Below, one piece after another: positions 8,490-17,100 of a DNA stretch of 20,000 nt. Under the pieces are notes generated by a model. That model saw only the letters and a list, made by a program, of their open reading frames with translations. It ran no database searches and was not told the DNA's origin. Each line of letters opens with the position of its first letter. Within the stretch, counting starts at the first letter, position 1. The position numbers and the translations under genes were made by a program. This DNA comes from an uncultured virus (IMG/VR IMGVR_UViG_3300034065_000114) (taxonomy: Duplodnaviria; Heunggongvirae; Uroviricota; Caudoviricetes): the IMG/VR virus record IMGVR_UViG_3300034065_000114, positions 54,472 to 74,471 of that record. The stretch is one strand, 5' to 3'.

Positions 8490-9089
8490 GTGCAAGTCGT
8501 ACCCGCTGGAGTGCTCTTACCCTTTGAGGTGTCGTCTTATGATGACCAGGGCGATCTCTTCCCCCTGCTCATCATCTATGACACCTCAACGGGTACGCCT
8601 GTTTTCCTTGAGACGATCGCGATGACCGCGGTGCTGGGGGGCACCTACGTCGCGTTCTTCAGCCCCGTGGGCGGCAAGAGCTACCTGCTGAGAAAGGCGT
8701 TCTACACCGACGACACCTATGCCACCCTGGACCCGCTCCGCTCCCCCGCGAGTGAGACCATCTACGCAGAGGCGGGATCCGGCGAATCCTCCACCTACAC
8801 CAACGAGATGTCAACCGCCTACAACAACCTCACGCTCACCCAAGAGGTGATAGCTTGGGCGACTCAGGACGGGCAGAGCGTCAGCGGAACGGACTGCACA
8901 GTCACCATCAAAGACTCGGCGGGCACAACGGTCTGGACGGCCACGTTGGCTGACCCCAATGGTGACGGGGTGTTCCTCTTCAGCAAAGTCATCGCGTTAA
9001 CCGCGAACGAAGACTACTATGTCGTGGTGTCGATCACCGTTGACGGCGCGGTACGGACGAATATCAGACCCTTCATGACGGTTGGTTAA
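8490..9089 (+). CDS. Hypothetical protein, probably virion structural
   Basis: AAGGGG RBS, GTG start, acidic and Thr-rich beta-type sequence, TAATG coupling. Confidence 0.75.
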   Translation: MQVVPAGVLLPFEVSSYDDQGDLFPLLIIYDTSTGTPVFLETIAMTAVLGGTYVAFFSPVGGKSYLLRKAFYTDDTYATLDPLRSPASETIYAEAGSGESSTYTNEMSTAYNNLTLTQEVIAWATQDGQSVSGTDCTVTIKDSAGTTVWTATLADPNGDGVFLFSKVIALTANEDYYVVVSITVDGAVRTNIRPFMTVG

Positions 9090-9361
9090 TGAGCAACAAC
9101 CTCACCCTTACGGGCGTGTCGACTTTAAAGACCACCTACGACTTCACGAGCGTACCTGGTCAGCTTACGATCACGCTTACTGATATGGCCGGCCCTACGG
9201 TCGTCGGCACAATCGTTCTAGAAACCGAGAAGCACCGCGCGCTCATGGAGGCCCTGAGCGGCAACGCTGAATCCTTCGACGCACCCAACGACCCCATTCT
9301 GTTGAAGCGCAGGACGCTCCTCGACCTCAACCAAGCCACGGCGACGACGGTGTTTTCATGA
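9089..9361 (+). CDS. Small hypothetical protein
   Basis: Translationally coupled at both ends (TAATG, ATGA). Confidence 0.75.
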   Translation: MSNNLTLTGVSTLKTTYDFTSVPGQLTITLTDMAGPTVVGTIVLETEKHRALMEALSGNAESFDAPNDPILLKRRTLLDLNQATATTVFS

Positions 9362-10356
9362 AGATTATCACACCGTGCGTTCCGCTCGTTTTTCTTGGCA
9401 ATGCCAGCATTGGTAATAACCTCGGTGCACCTGGCCCGCAGCTCCAAACGTTCGACGCTTATTACTCCGATCCTCCGACGGTCGGCCTTGAGACGGTTGC
9501 CGCAACGGTCAACCTTGTCTTTGCGCCGCTGCCGCAGTACGTGGTGTCCGGTTATCGCGTGTACCGTAGCATCCTCGGCTTTGTTGCGCCGATCCCGCTG
9601 CCGTCTGCGCTGGCCGGCCTGACACTGATGTTATCCATATCGGGCGGCCCCACCCAGACCGTGACCTTCAACGGAGTAGACGATGTCATCACCGCAATCA
9701 ATCTCGCTGTCGCCGGCGGGCGCGCCATCGCCAGTGTGGCTACCCCTACAAATTTCATCTTCAGAGTTGGAGTTTCTACAGTTCCTGGATCACTGCAAAT
9801 TGTCGGTGGAACAGCGCTGTCACTCCTTGGGCTTACCGCAAGAACTATTACAACACAGTCCGAGTTCGGGCTGCTCGCTGCAGTACCTGCGCCGGTAGAC
9901 CCGACGGTTCTCGTTGAGTTCGATGACCTTGATGGTATGCTGCAAGACTACTACGCGATCTCGACACTAGACTCCTCTGGCAACGAGAGCCTGAAGACCG
10001 CCTTCATCCAACCGACGACAGCGACCGGGCCCGTCTGCGTGGTTCAGGGCATCGTCACCGACCTCCAAGGCGCGCGCCTGGTCGACGCCGAGGTGCGGTC
10101 AATCTTGAAGGTTGCGCCGACCAGCCTAGTCGACGGCTCCTTGGTTTCGTTGAGACATCACACCACGGTGCTCACCGGACCAGACGGCCGGTTTAACTTA
10201 CCATTACTGCAAGGCGCGCTCGTTCAAATAGAGATCCGCGCGACGGGCTTCAGCCGCTACGTTACGATACCAGCACAGGCATTTGTTAACCTGACGGATC
10301 TTGAGGTAGATCTCCACTATCAGTTCTTACCAGATCCATTGCTCGGGGAGATCTAA
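9358..10356 (+). CDS. Putative virion structural protein (FN3-like segments; C-terminal domain paralogous to 1331..1939)
   Basis: VSGYRVYRS and YYAISTLDSSGNES are FN3-like strands; C-terminal CVVQGIVTDLQG...TGPDGRFNLPLLQGALVQIEI. Confidence 0.75.
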   Translation: MKIITPCVPLVFLGNASIGNNLGAPGPQLQTFDAYYSDPPTVGLETVAATVNLVFAPLPQYVVSGYRVYRSILGFVAPIPLPSALAGLTLMLSISGGPTQTVTFNGVDDVITAINLAVAGGRAIASVATPTNFIFRVGVSTVPGSLQIVGGTALSLLGLTARTITTQSEFGLLAAVPAPVDPTVLVEFDDLDGMLQDYYAISTLDSSGNESLKTAFIQPTTATGPVCVVQGIVTDLQGARLVDAEVRSILKVAPTSLVDGSLVSLRHHTTVLTGPDGRFNLPLLQGALVQIEIRATGFSRYVTIPAQAFVNLTDLEVDLHYQFLPDPLLGEI

Positions 10357-12345
10357 GTGGCCGATAGCCCCTCACAAGTTCAAAACCTGGACCCGAACCT
10401 AGAGTTGGGGTCTGGTAGTAATTCTGCGTCGCGCTACCCCAACCCGTTCTTCGATCTCGCTCAACAGTACATGCCTCCGACGATCAAGGAGCTGTTCCGT
10501 TGGTGCACGTTCTATTACTACAACTCGCCGATCATTGGCGCGGCGATCCGCAAGGTCAGCCGCTACCCGATTACCGACCTGATCCTAGACGACGAACTCG
10601 AGTCGGTGCGCACGCTGTGGTCGACGATCTTCAACGACTACTTGAAGATCAAGTCCAGGCTGATGGAGATCAACCTCGACTACTACGCTTACGGCAACTC
10701 GTTCGTCTCGATGCACTTGCCGTTCACGCGGTTCTTGATCTGCCGCGGCTGCAAGAAGAGCATGCCCATCCGTCAGTGGGAGTGGAGCTTCCGCTCAGCT
10801 GTGTTCGGCTTCCAAGGTGCATGCCCCGGCTGCGGCAAGACGTGCGACCTCGACGTTAAAGACGTGCCCTACAAGGATCTCCGAGGCATCCGCCTAATCA
10901 GGTGGAACCCGGAGAACATGCAGCTCAAGTTCAACGAATACACGGGCCGCTACATTTACATGTACATGGTCCCGTCGAAGCTTAAGAACGCGATCATGCG
11001 CGGGGACAAGGACATCCTTGAGGACATCCCGCTTGTCGTGCTCGAGGCGGTGAAGAAGCGCCGCATGATCCGCTTCAATCAGGACAACCTCTTCCATCTG
11101 AAGGCGCCGACACTTGCCGAGCAGGATCAGGGCTGGGGCAAGCCACTCATCCTGAACGTCCTGAAGGACATGTACTATTTCTACACCTTGCGCCGCGCGC
11201 AGGAAGCAATCGCCAACGAGCACATTGTGCCGTTCGACGTCATCCACCCGTTGCCAAACGGCCAGCAGGATCCGTACGTCCACACGGACCTCGGCAACTG
11301 GAAGATGAAGATCGAGGGCTTGATCAAACGCCACCGGCGCGACCCGAACTTCAAGGCTGTCATCCCAATCCCTGTCGGGTTTGGCCGCTTAGGCGGGGAT
11401 GGCAAAGCTTTGCTACTCAGCCCTGAGATGAACTTCATCACCCAGACCGTCGTTGGCGGGATGGGGCTGCCGCAGGAGTTCCTCTTCGGGGGCCTGAACT
11501 ACACGGGCTCGTCAATCTCGCTTCGCACGCTTGAAAACGACTTCATTCAGAACCGCGCGCAGATGCTGGACCTCTGCATTTGGATAAAGGCCAAGATCCG
11601 CAACTGGATGGCGCTTCCCAACGTCAAGTCGATTCGGTTCGCGGACTTCCGCATGGCGGACGACGTTCAACGCAACCAGCAGCTAATTGGCCTCAACGCC
11701 CAGGGCAAGGTCTCTGACCAGACCATGCTGACTGAACTCGGTTATGACTACGACCAAGAAGTCAAGAAGAGAATTGAGGAAATCTTCGTTGCCAACTACC
11801 TGAACGACCTGGTCGCGAAGGGTGGCGCGAAGAGCCAAGGTGAGGCGTCGCTCATCGCCTACAACTACCAGTCCAAAGTGCAAGAGCTCGCGGCGCGCGG
11901 CGCGGCCGCGGCGGATGCGCGGCTTGGCTTGCCGCCGGGGACGACCGAAGCTACCCAATCCGGCACGCCAGTTCCTGGCCAGGGAGACCCCGCACTAGAA
12001 CAGGGCGCAGCTCCGTCTGGCGGGGCCGCTGGCGCATCGGAACACCCGACTGGTGGCCAGGCTGACCAAGCGACCCAGCAAGCGTCCATGGACCAGCAGA
12101 TCCAATCCAAGGTCCAGGGCTGGGCAACCAAGCTCACCCAGATGCAGCCGGCGCAGGCTCAACTTACCATATCCCAGCTTAAGTCCAAGATGCCTGAGAT
12201 CGGCCTGCAGGTTGAGAAGGCCTATCGGATGCTCCTCGCGGGCGCGCAGCCTGGGGCTGGCGCTAAGGGGCCTGCGGCTGGTATGGAAGTCAACATGGAT
12301 CCGATGCCTACCCAAGGCGCTCCTAGGCGTGCTGGGACGGTCTGA
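10357..12345 (+). CDS. Phage portal protein with Zn-ribbon insert and Q/A/G-rich tail
   Basis: Portal-type motifs in order: SPIIGAAI, LDYYAYGNSFV, LIRWNPENM, NLFHLK...GWGKPLI, GMGLPQEFLFGGLNYTGSSISL, IRFADFRMAD, VSDQTMLTELGYD; GGGGAG RBS. Confidence 0.8.
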   Translation: MADSPSQVQNLDPNLELGSGSNSASRYPNPFFDLAQQYMPPTIKELFRWCTFYYYNSPIIGAAIRKVSRYPITDLILDDELESVRTLWSTIFNDYLKIKSRLMEINLDYYAYGNSFVSMHLPFTRFLICRGCKKSMPIRQWEWSFRSAVFGFQGACPGCGKTCDLDVKDVPYKDLRGIRLIRWNPENMQLKFNEYTGRYIYMYMVPSKLKNAIMRGDKDILEDIPLVVLEAVKKRRMIRFNQDNLFHLKAPTLAEQDQGWGKPLILNVLKDMYYFYTLRRAQEAIANEHIVPFDVIHPLPNGQQDPYVHTDLGNWKMKIEGLIKRHRRDPNFKAVIPIPVGFGRLGGDGKALLLSPEMNFITQTVVGGMGLPQEFLFGGLNYTGSSISLRTLENDFIQNRAQMLDLCIWIKAKIRNWMALPNVKSIRFADFRMADDVQRNQQLIGLNAQGKVSDQTMLTELGYDYDQEVKKRIEEIFVANYLNDLVAKGGAKSQGEASLIAYNYQSKVQELAARGAAAADARLGLPPGTTEATQSGTPVPGQGDPALEQGAAPSGGAAGASEHPTGGQADQATQQASMDQQIQSKVQGWATKLTQMQPAQAQLTISQLKSKMPEIGLQVEKAYRMLLAGAQPGAGAKGPAAGMEVNMDPMPTQGAPRRAGTV

Positions 12346-12560
12346 TGAATCACAAGACCAGGAAGACCGTAAAGATAGACACTGACGACGCCGAGGACCG
12401 CGACGCGTACGACGCGATTCTTAACGACCCCATGTGCACCATCGTTAAAGAGATCCAAGAAAAACTGACCACGATGGAATACAACGAGGATGGAAAACCA
12501 TCCCACAAATCCGATAGAATAGTGCTTATCGTCACCTACGAGAAGAAGGAACTCCTATGA
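12345..12560 (+). CDS. Small hypothetical protein
   Basis: TGATG and ATGA coupling to the neighbouring genes. Confidence 0.75.
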   Translation: MNHKTRKTVKIDTDDAEDRDAYDAILNDPMCTIVKEIQEKLTTMEYNEDGKPSHKSDRIVLIVTYEKKELL

Positions 12561-13237
12561 AGCAGTTTAAAACGTTCAAGAAAACCACCGTAGGTTGGAA
12601 GCCGCAAAGCGAGTCCAGCGCGGGCCTCGGCAAGACCGCAGAAGACGCGAGCAAGGAGGAACTCCGCTCGGAACTAAAAAAGCACGAGGAGCGGGAGACC
12701 CCCGCTCAGGAGAAGGCTGAATCGGCCAAAGAACAGGAGATTGAGCGCAAAGCTGGGGTTGAGACCAAGCATGCGCATGACCTCGACGCCGCCGAGCGCA
12801 ACGCGATCCCCTCCGGTGAATTTGCTGAGCCCGAAAAGCGCAAATACCCGATCGAAGACCGCGCGCACGCCGCCAACGCCAAAGCGCGAGTCTCGCAGCA
12901 TGGCACGCCCGCCGAGAAGGCGAAAGTCGACGCTGCCGTCGAACGCAAATACCCCGACATGGGCGAAAAGAAAGCCGCCGACGCCAAAGCGCTAAAAGCC
13001 CTCGCCAGTAAGGTGATCAAGAAGGAGCACCCGACCTCCATGATCATGGCCGCCCAGCGCGCGCAGAAAGCCGGCATGAAAAAGAAAGCCGACGACCCGC
13101 AAACCGCCGGCGCCGCCATGCAGAACTCGATGGTCAACGCCTTCGAAGGTAAGCCGTCGCCCTCGACCGCCTCCGCGCCGTCGATGTCCCTTGGCGCCAC
13201 GATCACTGACCAGATCAACAAGCTTCGTGGCGGCTGA
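12557..13237 (+). CDS. Highly charged putative internal head protein with a DUF6582-like domain
   Basis: AAGGA RBS; LDAAERNAIPSGEFAEPEKRKYPIEDRAHAANAKARVSQ; segments bounded by KTA, KHA and KKA. Confidence 0.75.
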   Translation: MKQFKTFKKTTVGWKPQSESSAGLGKTAEDASKEELRSELKKHEERETPAQEKAESAKEQEIERKAGVETKHAHDLDAAERNAIPSGEFAEPEKRKYPIEDRAHAANAKARVSQHGTPAEKAKVDAAVERKYPDMGEKKAADAKALKALASKVIKKEHPTSMIMAAQRAQKAGMKKKADDPQTAGAAMQNSMVNAFEGKPSPSTASAPSMSLGATITDQINKLRGG

Positions 13238-13270
13238 TAGCTAAAGAAACCGGGAGGATTACCCCCCGGT
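13237..13270 (-). terminator. Leftward terminator (possibly bidirectional): hairpin + TTTCTTTAGCTAT
   Basis: Minus strand ACCGGGGGG-TAAT-CCTCCCGGT-TTCTTTAGCTAT. The one stem irregularity is a G-U pair only on the minus strand; located between convergent genes. Confidence 0.75.
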
Positions 13271-13600
13271 CTTTCGGTGCGAACGCGTCCGGTGGCTCTT
13301 AAGGCCCCGGGCGCTTTTCGCAACGAACCGACACAACGTGCACGCTAGCTCCGGATCTGGCACGTGCTTACCTGAATGTTTTGAGGGAATCAGATCGAGC
13401 TGAATGCCCGTGGTGCCCACCACATTCTCCGCTGCGGCGAAGACCTCCTTTGTTTTCTCGACGAATCCAGGGTGACTCTTGAGGTACGCCCTCAAAGAGT
13501 CGCAATAGCGACGGCACACTTTGTACCGATCGAAGTGAACGCAGGCAGTGGCCGGGCGCCGACCACCGAACCGCGGGCACTCGATAAAGTGATCAAGCAC
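13259..13600 (-). CDS. Cys-rich protein with C-terminal classical C2H2 zinc finger
   Basis: CTLC-x12-H-x4-H (CTLCRFVAKSARGLKSHRTRSH) plus four N-terminal Cys; GTG start coupled to the upstream TAG. Confidence 0.8.
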   Translation of the reverse strand: MLDHFIECPRFGGRRPATACVHFDRYKVCRRYCDSLRAYLKSHPGFVEKTKEVFAAAENVVGTTGIQLDLIPSKHSGKHVPDPELACTLCRFVAKSARGLKSHRTRSHRKTGG

Positions 13601-14013
13601 TAGCGGCCAAAGTTAGGCGCCAAGCCAGGCCAGGAATCCCCTGACGGCGGCGGCGCGTAGTTGCCTGATCTGTAATCATTTGGCCCTGGGCTAAACCCAC
13701 GGGAAAAAGCAGTCGCTACCGGCGCCGGTGCAACGGGTAGCGGCTGTGCGCCACTTATCCCAAATCTCTCCTTGACCGCATCGACCTCTGGCCCATGCCC
13801 CTTCCCAAACTTCCTCCCCATCTCGATCATTGCGTGGCCACCAGCTACAATAGCCATCTCGCCCGCTACCCTGAAGGCTGTTTTTAGTGTGAAAACCAAC
13901 AGATCCCTCCAGAAGGAGGCGGTGACTAGCTGGCCAAACAAATCGTTGACCAGCACACCTACGGACTTGACAAGTCCCTTGTTTGCCTCAATGGCAGGTT
14001 GTGGTTTCTGCAT
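13600..14013 (-). CDS. Hypothetical protein, amphipathic N-half and Pro/Gly-rich tail
   Basis: GAGGAGG RBS 9 nt before ATG; coupled to the Zn-finger gene. Confidence 0.75.
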   Translation of the reverse strand: MQKPQPAIEANKGLVKSVGVLVNDLFGQLVTASFWRDLLVFTLKTAFRVAGEMAIVAGGHAMIEMGRKFGKGHGPEVDAVKERFGISGAQPLPVAPAPVATAFSRGFSPGPNDYRSGNYAPPPSGDSWPGLAPNFGR

Positions 14014-14092
14014 CTACCTTGGCCTCCTCTGTGCTAGACTTACGTGGGGCGGACAGGATAATTTCAATGGCGATTTCAAGTAGCTCGATCAA
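13988..14092 (-). CDS. Possible 34-aa peptide (not in ORF track)
   Basis: AAGGAGG RBS 7 nt before TTG; MIELLEIAIEIILSAPRKSSTEEAKVDAETTTCH*; first ORF after promoter copy 2. Confidence 0.5.
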   Translation of the reverse strand: MIELLEIAIEIILSAPRKSSTEEAKVDAETTTCH

Positions 14093-14115
14093 CCAGTTCC
14101 CTCCTTGAAATTAAC

Positions 14116-14137
14116 TTCTTCTCAAGGGGCTTATACC
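14116..14137 (-). promoter_or_regulatory. Putative phage-specific promoter, copy 2
   Basis: Minus strand GGTATAAGCCCCTTGAGAAGAA; the core ends 37 nt before TTG 14092. Confidence 0.65.
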
Positions 14138-14145
14138 AAAGGCCT

Positions 14146-17100
14146 ATGCGAAATTTTGACCCCACACAGCAGTTCGCTGCGATCAAGAAGTCGGCCACTG
14201 ATGCGGTCAAAGAGATCTTCCCCGTTGAGGGCAAGCTCCGCACGATCCGCTTGGTAGACGTGACCGTCAACGACACGCTGGATCCGACCGACTATAAGTC
14301 GCAAGTCCAGTCCAAGGAGCGCGAAGGTACTTGGGGCGCCCCCGTCATGGCCGAGCTTGAGCTCGTGGATAAAACCACAAACAAAGTGATCGACAAGGCT
14401 AAGGTCAAACTCTTCACTTTGCCAAAGCTGACCAACCGTTTCAGCTACATCGTCAACGGCAACGAATACCAAGTGCACAACCAGCTTCGCTTGAAGTCTG
14501 GTGTGTACACCCTGCGTAAGCAGAACGGAGAACTCAAGACGCAAGTAAACCTTGCGAAGGGGAAGAACTTTGACCTTGCCTTTAACGAACGTACAGGATT
14601 ATTCACGATCCAAAAAGTGGGCGGCGGCCAAGCGAATATCCCTCTCTACCCTGTTCTTACTCATCTCGGTATTAGTCCTACTGGTATTGCCACTGCTTGG
14701 GGCTCTCAACTACAGCAAGCTAACTCTAAGGCCGACCCCAAAGCCGTCGCCCGCACCGAGTCAGCATTCGGGATCAAACCGGGCGAGCTGAAAGACTACC
14801 TAGCGAAGACCGTGCTAAACCCTGAGACGACGAAGACCGTGCTAGGCCAGAGCTACGAGCGCGTCGACGGCCCGCTGCTGCTCGCCGCGGCGAAAGACCT
14901 CCTGCAAGTCCACCTCGGCCAGAAGGAGCCGACCGACCGCGACTCGCTGGCGTTCAAAGAGCTGCACTCGGTCGAGGACTTCATCCACGAGCGCATCCAA
15001 AAGAATAAACAGCCCCTGGCCTTCAAGCTTCGCCGCAACGTCGACAACCTCAAGCGTGACAAATTGTCACAAATTGTGAATCCCGGCGCGTTCCAGTCGA
15101 CCGTCGAAGGCTTCTTCACCCAAGACGATAAGAGCGCCACGCCTGAGCAGACCAACCCAGTCGAGATGCTCGCCGGCCAATACATGACGACGATCATGGG
15201 CTCGGGCGGCATTGGTTCCGACCATGCCGTGACGGCAGGCATGCGCGAGATTCATCCGTCACATTACGGGTTTATGGACCCGATACACACGCCGGAGTGC
15301 TACGACCCCGAAACAGAAGTGCTAACCCAAGAAGGCTGGAAGAAGTGGCCTGACGTAACCAAGAAGGATCTCTTCGCCTGCCGTATAGACGGCGAGCTGC
15401 AATTCCATAAAGCTGAGGCCCTACACCGCAGCCACTACGAAGGGACCATGTACGGGGCGCAGACCGGCAAGCTTGACTACTTGGTTACGCCTAATCACCG
15501 TATGCTCGTGCGCCCGCTGGACTCGAAATTAAACGCTTGGCGTATTGCCTCTGCCGAAGAGATTCACCGCAAACCCAGAACGTTCTGCACCACACATGAA
15601 CCATTCAAGGGCAATAGCGACTTCACTCGCTATGCCTTTCAGTACGTGCCCGGCAGCAACTCCATGGTCCATACAGAGAGTGTGGATATCGGGGACTGGT
15701 GTGAGTTCATGGGGTGGTTCCTGGCAGAAGGCAGCACCCACATCTCTTCGAAGGTGTCTGACTACCGCGTGCACATCTTCCAAAGCAAAGAAGCCAACCC
15801 AGAGAGCTGCGCCCGGATTGAGAGACTCTTAAACCGGTTACCCTGGACTTGGAGCTTCAGCAGCGGGAACGCATACACCATTTGTGGCAAGGAACTCGTT
15901 TGCCAACTAAACGGTCAGGGCTACTGCGACACTAAGTTCATACCTACTGAGCTGCTATCTGCACCCGTCGCCGCAAGAACCAGGATGCTAGAGGCCCTCT
16001 TGCGGGGGGATGGGCGCATAGACTCTGTCAGGGCAACCGGGGTTCGCTATAAGCAACAGGTGTTTACCACCACAAGCAAACGACTGGCCGAGGGCTTTGA
16101 GCAATTAGCCATAGGCCTCGGTTACTCAGTCCGCACTGGGCAATACAAAGACAAACGGGAAGAGCGATACCTCGACACTTACGAAGTCAGGTTACTACAG
16201 CGTCTTACCCGCTCGGCGAGAAAGCACAACAATCGTCGGAAGAGCTGCGACTACTTTACTACCCAGTATTGTGGCGAGGTTCACTGCGCCACAGTGCCAG
16301 GCGGCCTCTTGTTCGTACGCAGAAACGGCAGCGTACCCATCTGGCTAGGCAACAGCTCGCGTGTGGGTGTAAACATGCACCTACCCATGGGCATACAGAA
16401 AGACGGTAAAGACCTCAAGATGACCGTGCTGCGCCCCGACGGCCGGACGAGCACGACGATCAACCCGACTGAAGCCTACGAAGCGCGGGTCGCGTTCCCC
16501 GGCCAAATGCCCGGCGACTCGCCGACGGTAAAGGTCCAGTACCGCGGCAAGTCTATCGTTGTTCCACGTGGAACAGTCGACTACTACACACCCGCGCCGT
16601 CGGCGCTCTTCTCCTGGTCGACCAACCTGATCCCGTTCTTGCCATCGACCCAGGGCAACCGGTCGATGATGGCCTCGAAGATGATCGAGCAGGCTATCGC
16701 GCTCAAGCACAGGGAAGCACCGCTGATCCAAGTGGAGTCGAAACCCGGGTCGTCGTTTGAGGAGAACATCGGCAACAGCCTGGCGATCCTGGCACCGGCC
16801 GACGGCGTGATCAAAAAGGTCACGAAGGACGCGTTAGTGCTACGCACAAGCGAAGGCGACAAGATCTTCAATCTCTATAACAACTTCACGCTCAACCGTA
16901 AGTCCTTCATGAACCACGAGCCGCTCGTGAAGGTCGGCGACCGCGTCAAGAAGGGGCAAGTCCTCGCGGATAGCAACTTCACCAAGGGCGGCACGCTCGC
17001 GCTTGGCACCAACATGCGTGTGGCCTACCTCCCCTATAAAGGTCTGAACTTCGAAGACGGGATCGTCATCACTGAGTCCGCCGCGGACAAGCTGACAAGC

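Noticed and set aside
14804..14844. 14-bp direct repeat CGAAGACCGTGCTA
   Set aside because: It encodes KTVL twice within the RNAP; no sign of an insertion or regulatory role.
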